Origin: Eledone cirrhosa
Taxonomy: Eukaryota
Assembly (NCBI GenBank): GCA_964016885.1
Contig: OZ024747.1
Span: forward strand, 89,714,001-89,778,000
Direction of reading: 5' to 3'
Length of the DNA: 64,000 nt
The position numbers and the translations under genes were made by a program. Below are positions 27,028-39,398 of the stretch, one piece after another. Numbering within the stretch: position 1 is the first letter of the stretch; each line of letters opens with the position of its first letter. The notes below the pieces were generated by a model, which was not told the origin of the DNA, searched no databases, and saw only the letters and a list, made by a program, of their open reading frames with translations.

Positions 27028-27854
27028 AAACGCAGAAGTGGATATTTCAAAAAACGTTGCAACCGGAGGAAGACAGGAAGACGATACTTTGGTTCGTGGA
27101 AAACGTTCCCTGGCAAATAATGGGGAAAAACGAATATAATACGTCATTAATAGGAGCGGTGAAAAACAGTTACGCGCAAAGACAGAACCACGTTTATGGT
27201 ATAAAAGAAGTTGTAGACTAATGTTATCTTAGGTGGTTCATAAATGGTATAGGTGAAGTCGTAGACTAAATTCTAACTAGGAAACCGAATGAATCTCCGC
27301 TTCAGAGTTAAGAACAAAGTAAATAAATACAATACAGAAGTAATAGAAATTAAATAAATGCATACACGCATGCAAATACGTACACACACAAGCATACGCA
27401 AAACACTTGCCATAGGTATACAAAACCACGCACATGTAAATATGTGTGTGTGCGTGTATACAAATAAATAAATAATTAAATAAACGTATATAAATAAATA
27501 AATACGTATATAACAAGCGCACACACATACCTACATGTAAATACACAAATGTTCGGAGACGTAAGTCAACCAAAACATGAAGTACACATATACACACACC
27601 CTACATACGTACGAACCTGCATACTCTGGCAGACGCAAAACTCCCGTATACACATAACCAAACCATATGTACCAGAATATATAGAAAATTTATACGCCAT
27701 ATCATATTCAATCAAATATACGTATGAGAAAGTATACGTACCTTCACAAAACATACAGGTAATATATACTTACCTATGCAAATAAGTAATGGTATAAACA
27801 AAACATATACTTAGCTACCACATCAAGACGTAAAATATCCACGTATAGATCGTA

Positions 27855-29924
27855 CTATCCGTTAGGGTATAATGTGGGGCTGTAATACAGGAAAGTTTTG
27901 TGCAATTTATGTTTACAAGCCGAAATTGCCTCAGATTTTTTGTTTAAGATGTGGTCTGTGGCGTAGAGTATTTCCAGGGCCTCAGCGGCGCAGAGGTCAC
28001 ATGGTCTTTTATTTCCGTTATACGATCTAGCCCTAGCTAGGATCTCCCAGTGTAACTTAAATTGGGTGTGGTTGTTTTTTAGACTCCAGATATAAGCTGA
28101 AAGTGACGTCATATTCCTTCTTAGAGGATAACGAAAAGAATGGGTATGCATGTAAAGACGCTGCTTGAATCTATTGGCGGTTAACCCTATGTAGGCCCTA
28201 CGGGACGTGGGTGTTTCAACCTTACATTTGTAGACAATGTTACTAGAGAGGCATTTCCCGGATAGGGAGCAATCAACCCGATTCCTACAATTACAGTTAG
28301 TACTAACTACAGGGTTGCACGTGTTCCTACGGCTAGGTAGTTTAGCTAAATTTGAAGCTGTGATGTTATGTGCAAGGTTAGGAGTCGTAGAGTAAGAAAT
28401 TTGAATAGTATTTCTATTAAAAATGTTTCTATATTTATGTGTAGGGGGAAAATACTTCGTAATAAGGGAAAGAAAGATCTTAGCTAATGGTGTGGCCACC
28501 TCCATATTATATGGTGGGTTATACCAACAAATGCGACGGGATCTATTTCTTCCAGGTCTATTTTCGTACTCTGTATATGCTACCTAGTCGACAAATCCAC
28601 TCCGAGCAAGAGCTTCATTGTAATAAGTGGAATAGTCGTTGAAAATATGCTCGTTAGTAGATAGACGGGAAAGCCTCAAAGAAACGTTTCTTGGTTATGC
28701 TGGCAGGTTGGTTGGAATGCTTACTTATGTAATTAAGCGTATCATTCGACTTTCTATACGGGTAATACAACCCATTCGATAAATTGAGGGTAACGTCGAG
28801 GTAATTAACGACCGAGAGATTGGCCTCAACCTGTATAGAGAGGTTGAAGCATTTAAAGAAGGCTGTGAGTTCTTTTCTGAACCTGTCGCAAGCGCGAGGT
28901 TCGCACTTAGTCATGGTCAAAAGACCATCACCACGGTACAAACCACCGCCCACGTTGGGGAATTCGTCCTTGATAGAAAAAGAAGGAAAAGGCCGATAAG
29001 ATCAGTAACCGCCGCAGAATCGCTGGCGCCCATACTCACGTCGAATGGGGTACTATTGGATTTTTTAATCCAAATAGAGTCGTCGAAATCCTTAACCACA
29101 GTGAGTGTTTTAGCGAAATTGATAGCTCTAAGGAGAAGTGGTAACGTGATGGAGGAGTAGTAATTGATGTCAAATTGGATAAAACGGCAATGTTCCTTGT
29201 TGCATATGCCGTTTAACCAATCAATCACCGCGAAAGAATTGTTCCACAGTGCAAGAGGGGCCAAACTTCTAATTTCAGGTATAATTCTATCAAGAATCCT
29301 TTTACTAAGTCTACCTAAATCGGACTTCGTAGGGTTACTAAGCCGAATAGAGGGGTTGTTCGGAAAATTGGATTTGTGATCCTTCAGGGTAAAGTGGGGA
29401 GAAATAGGGTCCAGAGGTTCGGTCCGGTCCAGGATGTTGAGATCAGAGGTGATTTTAAACCCAGCATCATTGATTTCATTGATGACGCACCGATTAGTTT
29501 TACGGTAATCCTTAGTTACAGCATTATGTAGTAGTTGATGGTAAGTACTGCGCTCCCCTTGATATAGGTTGCCAGTTTTGTCGGAATGGATGTGCACGGC
29601 ATTAGAATCCTTAATAGAACGAATTCTATTCTTCAGGTCCTGCTGAAAGGATTTGCTCCTATTCCGAAATTTGATACTCCGTATGAGTTCCAACACATCA
29701 TTTTCGAAGGGTAGCAATGCTGGGTTACACGGGGGGTTATTATAGGTTTTAAACCCAAATTTATCCTGTTTGTTGTCTGCTTTTTGCGGATTATCGAAAT
29801 AAAAGGCACGCCAACGCAACCTTTTAATGAACGCGTCTGTTTTCTGTATCAGGAGTTTTAGGTATGTTTTCCTGCTTGGTACGAGTATGTTCTTTGTAGA
29901 AATATTCAGATGTTGTTTCTGCAT
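27855..29924 (-). pseudogene. Disrupted Penelope-like RT/GIY-YIG ORF
   Basis: Split into ORFs 28917-29924, 28654-28953 and 27855-28505 by frameshifts and a stop; catalytic YRDD reads YRGD. Confidence 0.9.
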
Positions 29925-30192
29925 GATGAATATAAGTCAATAGAGTGCTCAACCGAGTTCATTGCCAGAGAACGTCTCTATGAACCACATAAGAGAACAT
30001 TAGTCTACGACTTCTTTTATACCATAAACGTGGTTCTGTCTTTGCACGTAATTGTTTTTCACTGCTCCTATTAATGACGTATTATATTCGTTTTCCCCCA
30101 TTATTTGCCAGGGAACGTTTCCACGAACCAAAGTATCGTCTTCCTGTCTTCCTCCGGTTGCAACGTTTTTTGAAATATCCACTTCTGCGTTT

Positions 30193-30268
30193 ACAGATTG
30201 ACGTTGTTAGTTTCAGAAGATCCCGTTAAGGGTGAAAGCAGCGATTCTTTGCTTCAACTTTAATATGT
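30193..30268 (+). ncRNA. Second copy of the variant hammerhead motif, in the inverted repeat (stem I damaged)
   Basis: Same CAGAAGA/GAAA core with two substitutions in the 3' strand of stem I. Confidence 0.5.
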
Positions 30269-30283
30269 TATTTTAATAAATAT

Positions 30284-30902
30284 ATATATATAATATATAT
30301 ATATATAATATATATATATATATATAATATATATATATATATAATATATATATATATATAATATATATATAATATATATATATATAATATATATATAATA
30401 TATATATATATATAATATATATATATTATATATATATATTATATATATTATATATATATATTATATATATTATATATATATATTATATATATATTATATA
30501 TATTATATATATTATATATATATTATATATATTATATATATATTATATATATATATATATTATATATATATATATTATATATATATATATATTATATATA
30601 TTATATATATATTATATATATATATATATATATAATATATATATATATTATATATATATATATATTATATATATTATATATATATATATATTATATATAT
30701 AAATTATATATATATTATATATGTATATATATTATATATGTATATATATTATATATGTATATATATTATATATGTATATATATTATATATGTATATATAT
30801 TATATATGTATATATATTATATATGTTTATATATTATATATATATATATATTATATATATTATATATATATATATTATATATATATTATATATATATTAT
30901 AT

Positions 30903-30903
<1 letters not shown>
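30284..30903. repeat. Long (TA)n array with an internal 17-bp higher-order repeat (30721-30835)
   Basis: ATGTATATATATTATAT repeated about 7 times; the ATG spacing 30721/30738/30755 confirms the period. Confidence 0.9.
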
Positions 30904-30933
<30 letters not shown>

Positions 30934-31290
30934 ACGTTTAACGTCCGTGTTCCACGCTTGCATGGGTTTGGACGGGGGTATTCCCACTTGAGGCAAGAGT
31001 GATTGTCTTGCTCGCATAGGACTGTCTGGCAGGTTTTCTACAGTTGGATGCCCTTCCTAACACCAACCACATTTACAGTGTGGGTCTGGGAGGTTTTTAC
31101 CGTGTTGCCTACACGGCCACATTACAGCGTGGACTGTCTGGCGGGTTTTCTACAGCTGGATGCCCTTCCTAACACCAACCACATTTACAGTGTGGGTCTG
31201 GGAGGTTTTTACCGTGTTGCCTACACGGACACATTTACAGCGTGGACTGTGTGTTTTTTGTCGTGACACCTACACGATCTCATTTGTTTC
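30904..31290 (-). mobile_element. SINE-like/RTE-derived element with internal ~110-bp tandem duplication and (GAT)n tail
   Basis: The GGACTGTCTGGC...GGATGCCCTTCCTAACACCAACC...CCTACACGG unit occurs twice, plus a partial third. Confidence 0.7.
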
Positions 31291-31418
31291 GGCCTGGATG
31301 TTGTGGGACCAACATAACTGTCCATTGAAAGGGGCGGTGTGGATGGGGTGGAGGTGGTGGGACGGGGGAGTGTTTTGATAGAGATGCCTACTGACTGTAG
31401 TAGGTTTTTACTTTGTAT

Positions 31419-32125
31419 TTAGGTAAGGCGGGTCTTCTCTGTTACTGAGTACCGCCAAAGGTCTCGGTCCAGTGACATTGTCTTGGAGAGGTGTAAGCGT
31501 GTGAGGTCGGAATTTATCAGCTCGTTCCATGTTTTTCTGGGTCTGCCTACTCCGTGGCTACCGTCTATCTTTATTGCCCTGCACTTTGTTATACAGTTGT
31601 CGTCTTTCATGCGCATCACGTGACCGTACCAACGTAGCCTTCTCTCGAGTAAACAACATCTGATCCCTCTTATTTCTAATTTTTTCCTTAGTTCGTTTAT
31701 GCTTTGCCGTTCACGTATTTTACTATTGCACATCCAGCGGAGCATGCAAGCTTCGTTCCTCTCTAGTCTGCGTATATCCTCTGCACACAATGCCCAGGTC
31801 TCACTGCCATGCAGCATTGCTGTTCGTATGCAGGCATCGTATAACCTGCCTTTCATTTTTAGGGAGAACCCTCTAGCGGCTAATAGTGGTATAAGCTCTC
31901 TGAACTTTTTCCATCCAGTTCTGACTCTAGCTACTGTACTTTCAGAGCACCGTCCCCCACTGCTGATTTTGTCACCCAGGTAACGGAAGCTGTCCACTAT
32001 TTCTATAGAACCCTCTGCGCAGTTGAAGGAGCTAGTATTTTGTGGGCACTTGCTGCTACATATTGCACCAGAGCACCGGCCACATGTAAAATCTATGTTC
32101 TTAGTTAGCTTACCTGTGATCCCAT
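31419..32125 (-). mobile_element. 5'-truncated RTE-clade LINE of the subtype with a Cys-rich (PHD-like) insert
   Basis: Open frame GITGKLTKNIDFTCGRCSG...VDSFRYLG...MLHGSETW...RRLRWYGHVMR...GRPRKTW. Confidence 0.9.
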
Positions 32126-32130
32126 ATAAT

Positions 32131-32162
<32 letters not shown>

Positions 32163-32181
32163 ATATATATATATATATAAT

Positions 32182-32213
<32 letters not shown>

Positions 32214-32215
32214 AT

Positions 32216-32281
<66 letters not shown>

Positions 32282-32336
32282 TATATATAATATATATATA
32301 TAATATATATATATATAATATATATATATATATATT

Positions 32337-32494
32337 TTGTCACCCAGGTAACGGAAGCTGTCCACTATTTCTATAGAACCCTCTGCGCAGTTGAAGGAGC
32401 TAGTATTTTGTGGGCACCTGCTGCTACTTATTGCACCAGAGCACTGGCCACATGTAAAATCTATGTTCTTAGTTAGCTTACCTGTGATCCCATA
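32337..32494 (-). repeat. ~157-bp duplicate of the 5' end of the adjacent LINE (~31968-32125)
   Basis: Near-identical sequence with ~3 substitutions, separated from the original by a (TA)n tract. Confidence 0.9.
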
Positions 32495-32549
32495 TAATAT
32501 ATATATATGATATATATATATATATATATAATATATATATATATATAAT

Positions 32550-32581
<32 letters not shown>

Positions 32582-32919
32582 ATATATATATATAATATAT
32601 ATATATATAATATATATATATATAATATATATATATATAATATATATATATATAATATATATATATATAATATATATATATATAATATATATATATATAA
32701 TATATATATAATATATATATATATAATATATATATATAATATATATATATTATATATATAATATATATATATTATATATATAATATATATATATAATATA
32801 TATATATAATATATATATAATATATATATATAATATATATATATATAATATATATATAATATATATATATATAATATATATATATATATATAATATATAT
32901 ATATATATATAATATATAT

Positions 32920-32996
<77 letters not shown>

Positions 32997-33290
32997 TTTA
33001 TATATTATATATATATATAATATATACATTTATATATAATATATATATAATATATTTATATATATAATATATATATATATAATATATATATATAAAATAT
33101 ATATATATAATATATATAATATATATATATAATATATAAAATATATATATATAATATATATAATATATATATAATATATATAATATATATATAATATATA
33201 TAATATATATATAATATATATAATATATATAATATATATAATATATATATATATATAATATATATATATAATATATATAATATATATATA

Positions 33291-33322
<32 letters not shown>

Positions 33323-33385
33323 ATATATATAATATATATATATATATTATATATATAATATATATAATATATATATATAATATAT

Positions 33386-33432
<47 letters not shown>

Positions 33433-33481
33433 TATTATATATATATATAAGATATATAATATATATATAATATATATATAT
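32495..33481. repeat. ~1-kb (TA)n/TAA array
   Basis: Directly visible. Confidence 0.95.
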
Positions 33482-33817
33482 ATCATCATTTCATTTTACG
33501 TCTGCTTTTTCCCTGCTTGCAAGGGTGGGACGGTAACTGATGCTGGCTTGATTTCTACAGCTGGATGCCCTTCCTAACACCAACCTCATTTACAGTGAGT
33601 GCTGGGTGCTTTTTTCCCGTTGCACCTCCACGACCACTTTGCAGTGGTATGATATGGACCCCAGTCCCTATCACCTCATTTCTACAGCTGAGTAAACTGG
33701 AGCAATGTGAAATAAAGTGTCTTGCTCAAGGAAACAACACATCACCCAGTCTGAGAATTGAACTCACAACCTTTCGATTGCAAGGCCAATGCTCTAACCA
33801 CTAAGCCATGTGCCTCC
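33482..33817 (-). mobile_element. SINE family A, full length, inside a (TA)n array
   Basis: Colinear and highly similar to 465-802. Confidence 0.9.
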
Positions 33818-33931
33818 ATATATATAATATATATAATATATGTAATATATATATATATATATAATATATTATATATATATAATATAGTGATGGAACATAA
33901 GTCAATTGCATGTACTCATAATCCTTTATTT

Positions 33932-33987
33932 ACTGCTATATATATTTCGATGATAGCCATTGAATGGTTATGACCTCATCAGGCAGT
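33932..33987 (-). ncRNA. Type I hammerhead ribozyme with canonical core and minimal palindromic stem III
   Basis: ACTGC-CTGATGA-GGTCATAACCAT TCA ATGGCTATCATC-GAAA-TATATA-TA-GCAGT, followed by AATAAA. Confidence 0.75.
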
Positions 33988-34289
33988 TAGTCAGTTCTTA
34001 GATATGCCAGCTCTGTGTTAATAGTGTTGATGGTATCTGAGCCTTGGGATATATGAGCTTGTTAGGAATAAATTAATGTTTTTCAGAAGGAATAGTCTTG
34101 ATTCTCATCGGTCAGTTTGTAGATGGTAGTAGCGTTGGTATTTAACATCAAAGAGGCAGGTGGTTTTGTAAAGTTCAAAGCATCAGGCAAGATGACAATA
34201 GTTCTATATAACTGATTTTCGCAAAAGGCATTCCTGGTCAGATATATATTCAATTATATATATATATAATATATATATAATATATATAA

Positions 34290-34860
34290 AGATAAATTAT
34301 CGAGATTCGCATTCCAGCCCACGAAATAACGAAAAACAACCTCCGAGATGTGCGGCAAGTGCTCAATGATTCAGAAGAACGAGAGCTATAACAAACGTTA
34401 ACGGCCAAACACACTGAGACGATGGTTAAACAATCATTCGCATAGCCAAAAAAACGATCAAGTAATTCGGGTATTGAAAATTTACCTGGACCCCTGGAAG
34501 GTTGGTAAAATCCAGTATATGGGTTTCTGCGGCTCCTAAATCAAGTACCGTCCGCTTACATATATAATGTCAGGCTTATGGTAAGATGATTGAACAAGGA
34601 AGCCACTTTCTCAACAGGTTTTAGTTCAATGTTAATACAAGGACTGACTATTGCTGACCCCACGTGGGGATCGGCAAGGGAGGCAATCCCTATATCTGGC
34701 GAATGAATTCAGTTGTGTATATTCTTGCAAGAATGCAAAAACATCACAAATCGAATAGAGTTCTCAACAGAACGGTTAAAATTAACATAAGCTATTCATC
34801 AGTCAATAGAATCAACTAAAAAATCAAGAAAATTAACTGGTCAATAGCTAGAGTCTGGAG
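34290..34860 (+). mobile_element. Probable decayed Penelope-like fragment between (TA)n arrays
   Basis: KHHKSNRVLNRTVKINISYS at ~34739-34800 resembles PTHKYRNIFNRNTIQISYS of the element at 27855-29924. Confidence 0.4.
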
Positions 34861-35819
34861 AATAATACAATAATAATAATACAATAATATATATATATAT
34901 ATATATATAATATATATATATAATATATATATAATATATATATAATATATATATAATATATATATAATATATAATATATATATAATATATATATAACATA
35001 TATATATATATATATATATATAATAAATAGCTGTAGTTTACTATACATACATATCTATAAAAAAACACCACAGGATTTAACTGAAGCTGCAAGTATATGT
35101 ATCTGAAGACATACCTTCATATATGTAGACAGCTTGACTGAATGTCTTTGGTCGAATTGAAATAATTTTCAGAAGCTGTTCACATCTCTCACAGCCTGCA
35201 TAGAAATACATTACTAATAAGTTTATAAATCCACCAAATGTGACAGTAATATCAAACTGAAAATACCAATTTATATTAGAACCCACTTTGGTAGCCAATT
35301 CAAGTATATATTAAATTGTGAACTGAGTAGCTAAAATATACTATGGATAATATGTGTCTATAGAGGAACACGACAAAATGTGTATTTAAACACACATTTA
35401 TATATATTTAAGCATGTAAATATCTCTTTAGAGCTTTAGCATTTCCATTACTCTATATTGCTATTGTATTTTTTGTGGTAAAGGCTTTATCTTGCATAAT
35501 TATCTCACATAATATCGAATCTATGAGATTTTTTAATTTTATTTTGACAATACCTTAAAGTCTGTATGAGGGTCCTGAAAGGGGTGAGAGACTTCTGGCC
35601 AGATACGGCTGGTTTAAATCCCATAAATTGAAAAAAATGTACAGCCATGAAGGAATGCATAAATAAGACAAATACCAGCTCCCAATGTTTAAAATATAAT
35701 CAAGTATACTACCTGACACCATGGAAATTCTATGGTTTAACTAGAATCACCCACCAAGTTTTAAAGATTAATATCACATTTAATATATACACATACAGAT
35801 AATGTATATAGTACTTCTC

Positions 35820-36310
35820 TCTTCTTCTTCTTTGCCCACTTATTCCTGAGAGGGTTGTGGGGCAGAGTCCTCAAACACTCCTTCCAGCAAGCCCTGTCAG
35901 AAGCAACCATCTCCAATTGATCCAACTGATCCCCATGTGAGACCAGCCAAGCTCATAGAGGTTATCCAACCATCTTGCACAGGGCCTACCCCTGGATCTC
36001 CTACTAGTTGGTTTTGCCTGTAAAATCTGTCCAGTGATTCTTTCCTGAGACATTCTAACCACATGTCCATAGTTTTGGAGCTGTGATCTCTCAATTCAGA
36101 GAAGTAGCGGCTTTACCTGGAGTGACTCTCTCATCTCAAAGCTATGCACTATCGAGTAATGTTACTACATAGACCCTTCGGAGGAAACCCCATATTAGCT
36201 TCTTGTATTTGCGATTGTATTCTTTTGATCATTGCCCAAGATTCATGACTATATATGTAAGGATTGGCACGAATACCGAATTGAAGATAGTAAGTTTGGC
36301 TTTTACAACT
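35820..36310 (-). mobile_element. RTE-clade LINE 3' fragment
   Basis: YSHESW, VRMSQERITGQILQAKPTSRRSRGRP and a (GAA)n tail. Confidence 0.8.
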
Positions 36311-36472
36311 ATCCTTATAAAACACAACAAAATACATTGAATAAATTTAGCAGATGACTGATACTACTAAAATAAAGATATATAAATAAGATATTTATAC
36401 TACTAAATAAAGATATATAAATAAGATATTTTTCTTGAAAGTAATTCTTCTCTCTCAAACACATACAGATTT

Positions 36473-36630
36473 GTGGGTTGGACGCCATGCTTTGCAGCAT
36501 AGAGTTAATACCTGAGTTCAAATCCCGTTGAGGTTAAATTTGTCTTTCATTCTTATGGGGGTCGATAAAATAATGCACCAGTAATGTACTGGAGTTAATT
36601 GCTGGCCTTGTGCCAAAAGTAGAAACAATT
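36473..36630 (+). mobile_element. SINE family C, partial
   Basis: B box and family C body and 3' end. Confidence 0.75.
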
Positions 36631-37668
36631 AGCTATGCAATTCCTCTATTTGATCTCCTCCTCTCTCACCATCCTTTTTCAATAAAGATATGAGATCACC
36701 ATCACTGCTCTGGTTCTCTAACACAAACAAACACATTCTTACCATCCTCTCTCCAGCATCATTGTTTTTTTTTGTTTTTTTTTTGTACATCACAGAAACA
36801 TTCAGTTTAATACAATAGATTTTACCTATATATGCATTATCTGGAAAACATTTAAATTTCTTGGCCGTTGAATTGTGTTTTTTATTTATTAATGATTAGT
36901 ATTTAGAAAAAATTAAACTCATATTTAAATTTTTATGGAAATTTACATTTACAACAATAAATATTTCTGTTCTAAAATAAAGTGTGTGGGAATAAAATGA
37001 AATGTAATACTATAATTTTTGTAATTGTAAGACTTGATATTATTGTTCAGCTATTCCTTAATAAAGATATTTATTCCCCGATTTCTCTTTTAATAATTTT
37101 TTACAAAAAAGAAAAAAAGAAAAAAAATGTAGAAAAATAGTTCTATATATATATTTTTTGTAATTAATCATTTCTGATTGTTATTAAGTGGTAATTATTG
37201 AAATATTCTGTGGTTACTTTATGGAGTGCAAAATCTGGGATCTAGTATTGTTTATTTATTAAAAATATATGCACCTCACTTTTATCATTAAAGCTTTCGA
37301 GAATGGTTTAGAAAACCTACAATTTTATTTATTTAATTGGAAGGTCTTGTTGCCAATCAAAATAAAACATTATTATAATTTAATAGAAATAGAAGCTTTT
37401 GCCATATTTTGACTAAAGAAATTAACCTGATAATGGGGTTTTTAAAACCCTCTGAATGGAAAAGGCCCACTTAATCAAAATATAACGAATGCCTTTATTT
37501 CTATTAAATTTCAAACTTCACTCACTGTCTTCAAAACAAATGCTTCCTTAATATTATAACTATATTTCCTTAATGATTTATAAAATATTAAAAGCTGATT
37601 GTGTAATTTTCTTTTTAATTTCAGATTATATCTAAGAATTATTTGAAGATTTTTAATTAAGAACAAAA

Positions 37669-38968
37669 ATGTCAGATAAAGTGATTCGCCGTATACCAAC
37701 AGCTTCTGCTGCTGGCATTCAGGCAGATCAACGCAGTTCCCATATAATAAGCAGCTGCATTGATATTATGGACCAATCGGATGTGGAAGCAGCTATGAAG
37801 AAATCCGAGAGTGATACAGAGTTATTAAGTGGAAATGTAATAAATTATTCCTTAAACACTTTAACTAGATCCCAAAAAATTAGTAACCTAGAAAAAACAG
37901 ATGAAGAAGATATTGTCAAGTTACGTGAAAAACAAGGACGCAGCCAAACCTTAGCAAGCAAACATATTAATCAAACTTTTGATTTTCTTAATGCATATAA
38001 GATGGAGACAGTTGAAGAAAGTACTATTATAAGTGAAAATGATTATAAGGTACTCCTGAAGAATGAAACTGAAAATGATAATAGCCTTTTGGCCTCTAAC
38101 AATAATACCTCTTGTGAAAATACTGAAAACCTTTCTTTACTTCAAAGTGAAGAAAAAGATTCTATTTTTCATACTGATGATTACCAACATAAAGATATTG
38201 TACAAACCTCTGAGAAAAGTCCAAATAAATTTCTTAAGGATAGTAATACTAATTTCACTGTAGTTTCAAATCATACAGTTTGTCACAAGACTAAAGAACA
38301 AAGTGTCACAAATCAGGGTAACATTAGCGAACATTGTCATGCTGAATTTAAGTCAGATATGCCAACTAATCTAATTTCAGATTGTCCAGAAAATGTAAAT
38401 GAAAACTGTTCTGAAGCATTAAGTAAAACTGAAGATGAAAATGAAAATAAAAGCAATGCAGATGGTGTTAATTCTGAGAACACTTCTGAAACAATGTTTA
38501 TAGCATCATCTTTATCTCAGGAAGCCAATGTTTCAGGATTAACAGTTGAAAGTGATATGAAGACATCAAATGAACAACAATGTTCCGAAGAGACGTCTAC
38601 TTTGCAAAAAGACAGCTGTTCAAATGTAGCTTCACCTTTATATGATATAAAAAATAATAGTGACAAGAGTGACACAAGTCCTGTTGGAGTTTGTGATCCT
38701 CACACTGAAAATAATGACCCCTCAATTGAAAATCGGACTGCTGAATCCTCTGAAAATTGTGATAATATAGAAACATGTGTGGATGATGTGAATGTCACAT
38801 CACTGCCATCATCAATGAGTGATCCGTCTGTAAAAAGCTTACTTGATAAAACTCCATGTGCTAACTATTTAATACAAGGTGGCATGTCATTAAGACGAGG
38901 AGGAAGGCGTACAAACCCACATCTCGCCATTACCAGTGATGATGATTCTTCAGAGGATGATGATTCAG
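37669..38968 (+). CDS. First coding exon of an unidentified host gene (433 codons, Ser/Glu/Asn/Asp-rich, likely disordered)
   Basis: 1.3-kb open frame in AT-rich DNA; pyrimidine-rich acceptor TTTCAG ending at 37624; in-frame TAA at 37654 ahead of AAAAATG; donor CAG|GTCAGT at 38968 (phase 1). Confidence 0.85.
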
Positions 38969-39398
38969 GTCAGTTTTATAAACTTTATAAAAATATGTTG
39001 TTTGTTGTAATTTGAGTCCCACATTTGATATTTCAGTGCATCACTGGGCAACTCATAATGCCAATTTATAACAGTCAGTTATAATTGTAAAAGAAATATA
39101 GGAGGAGCCAATCACTTAAACTAGACTGAAGGAGGGAAAATGTTAAGTAAAGGAAGTGGTTGACAAAGACCTATCACATGACACCTGCAAATCCAAGAAA
39201 AATGGGTTCATCTTCAAGCTGGGGACCTTTGCTTTGTCGACTATGATGATATGTATGTCTTTTGTCTCCTTTGATTCTGCCATTCACTAATTCATCCTAC
39301 ACCTTTCGAATCCCACCTCCAGTGCTTCATTTTCTTTTGTTTCTTCTATTGAGCATATTATAAAGCTATTCTGTCACAGGTGTATATATATATATATA

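Larger units (their letters stand above)
26860..30283 (-). mobile_element. Penelope-like retroelement (RT plus C-terminal GIY-YIG endonuclease), near full length and inactivated, with ~305-bp inverted terminal repeats
   Basis: RT motifs FIQFDI, FDVSMG, GLYR(G)DGL, YLDVTL; WYNPPY; Cys-rich CNCR...C..SGKC followed by IVYKC...YIGLT...R...H...E...LN. Repeats 26938-27242 and 29979-30283 are reverse complements. Confidence 0.95.

Noticed and set aside
30000-30182. 60-aa ORF upstream of the Penelope ORF
   Set aside because: Lies in the inverted repeat and is frameshifted in the other copy.
26938-30283. DNA transposon with long TIRs
   Set aside because: The interior encodes RT and GIY-YIG, not a transposase; the repeat is the retroelement's own 3' end with a poly(A) signal.
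26401-33489. Many Ile/Tyr-rich ORFs up to 178 aa
   Set aside because: Translations of (TA)n arrays.
38969-39015. C-terminal end of the 448-aa ORF as a single-exon gene
   Set aside because: The donor at 38968 and in-frame downstream exons indicate this is intron read-through.
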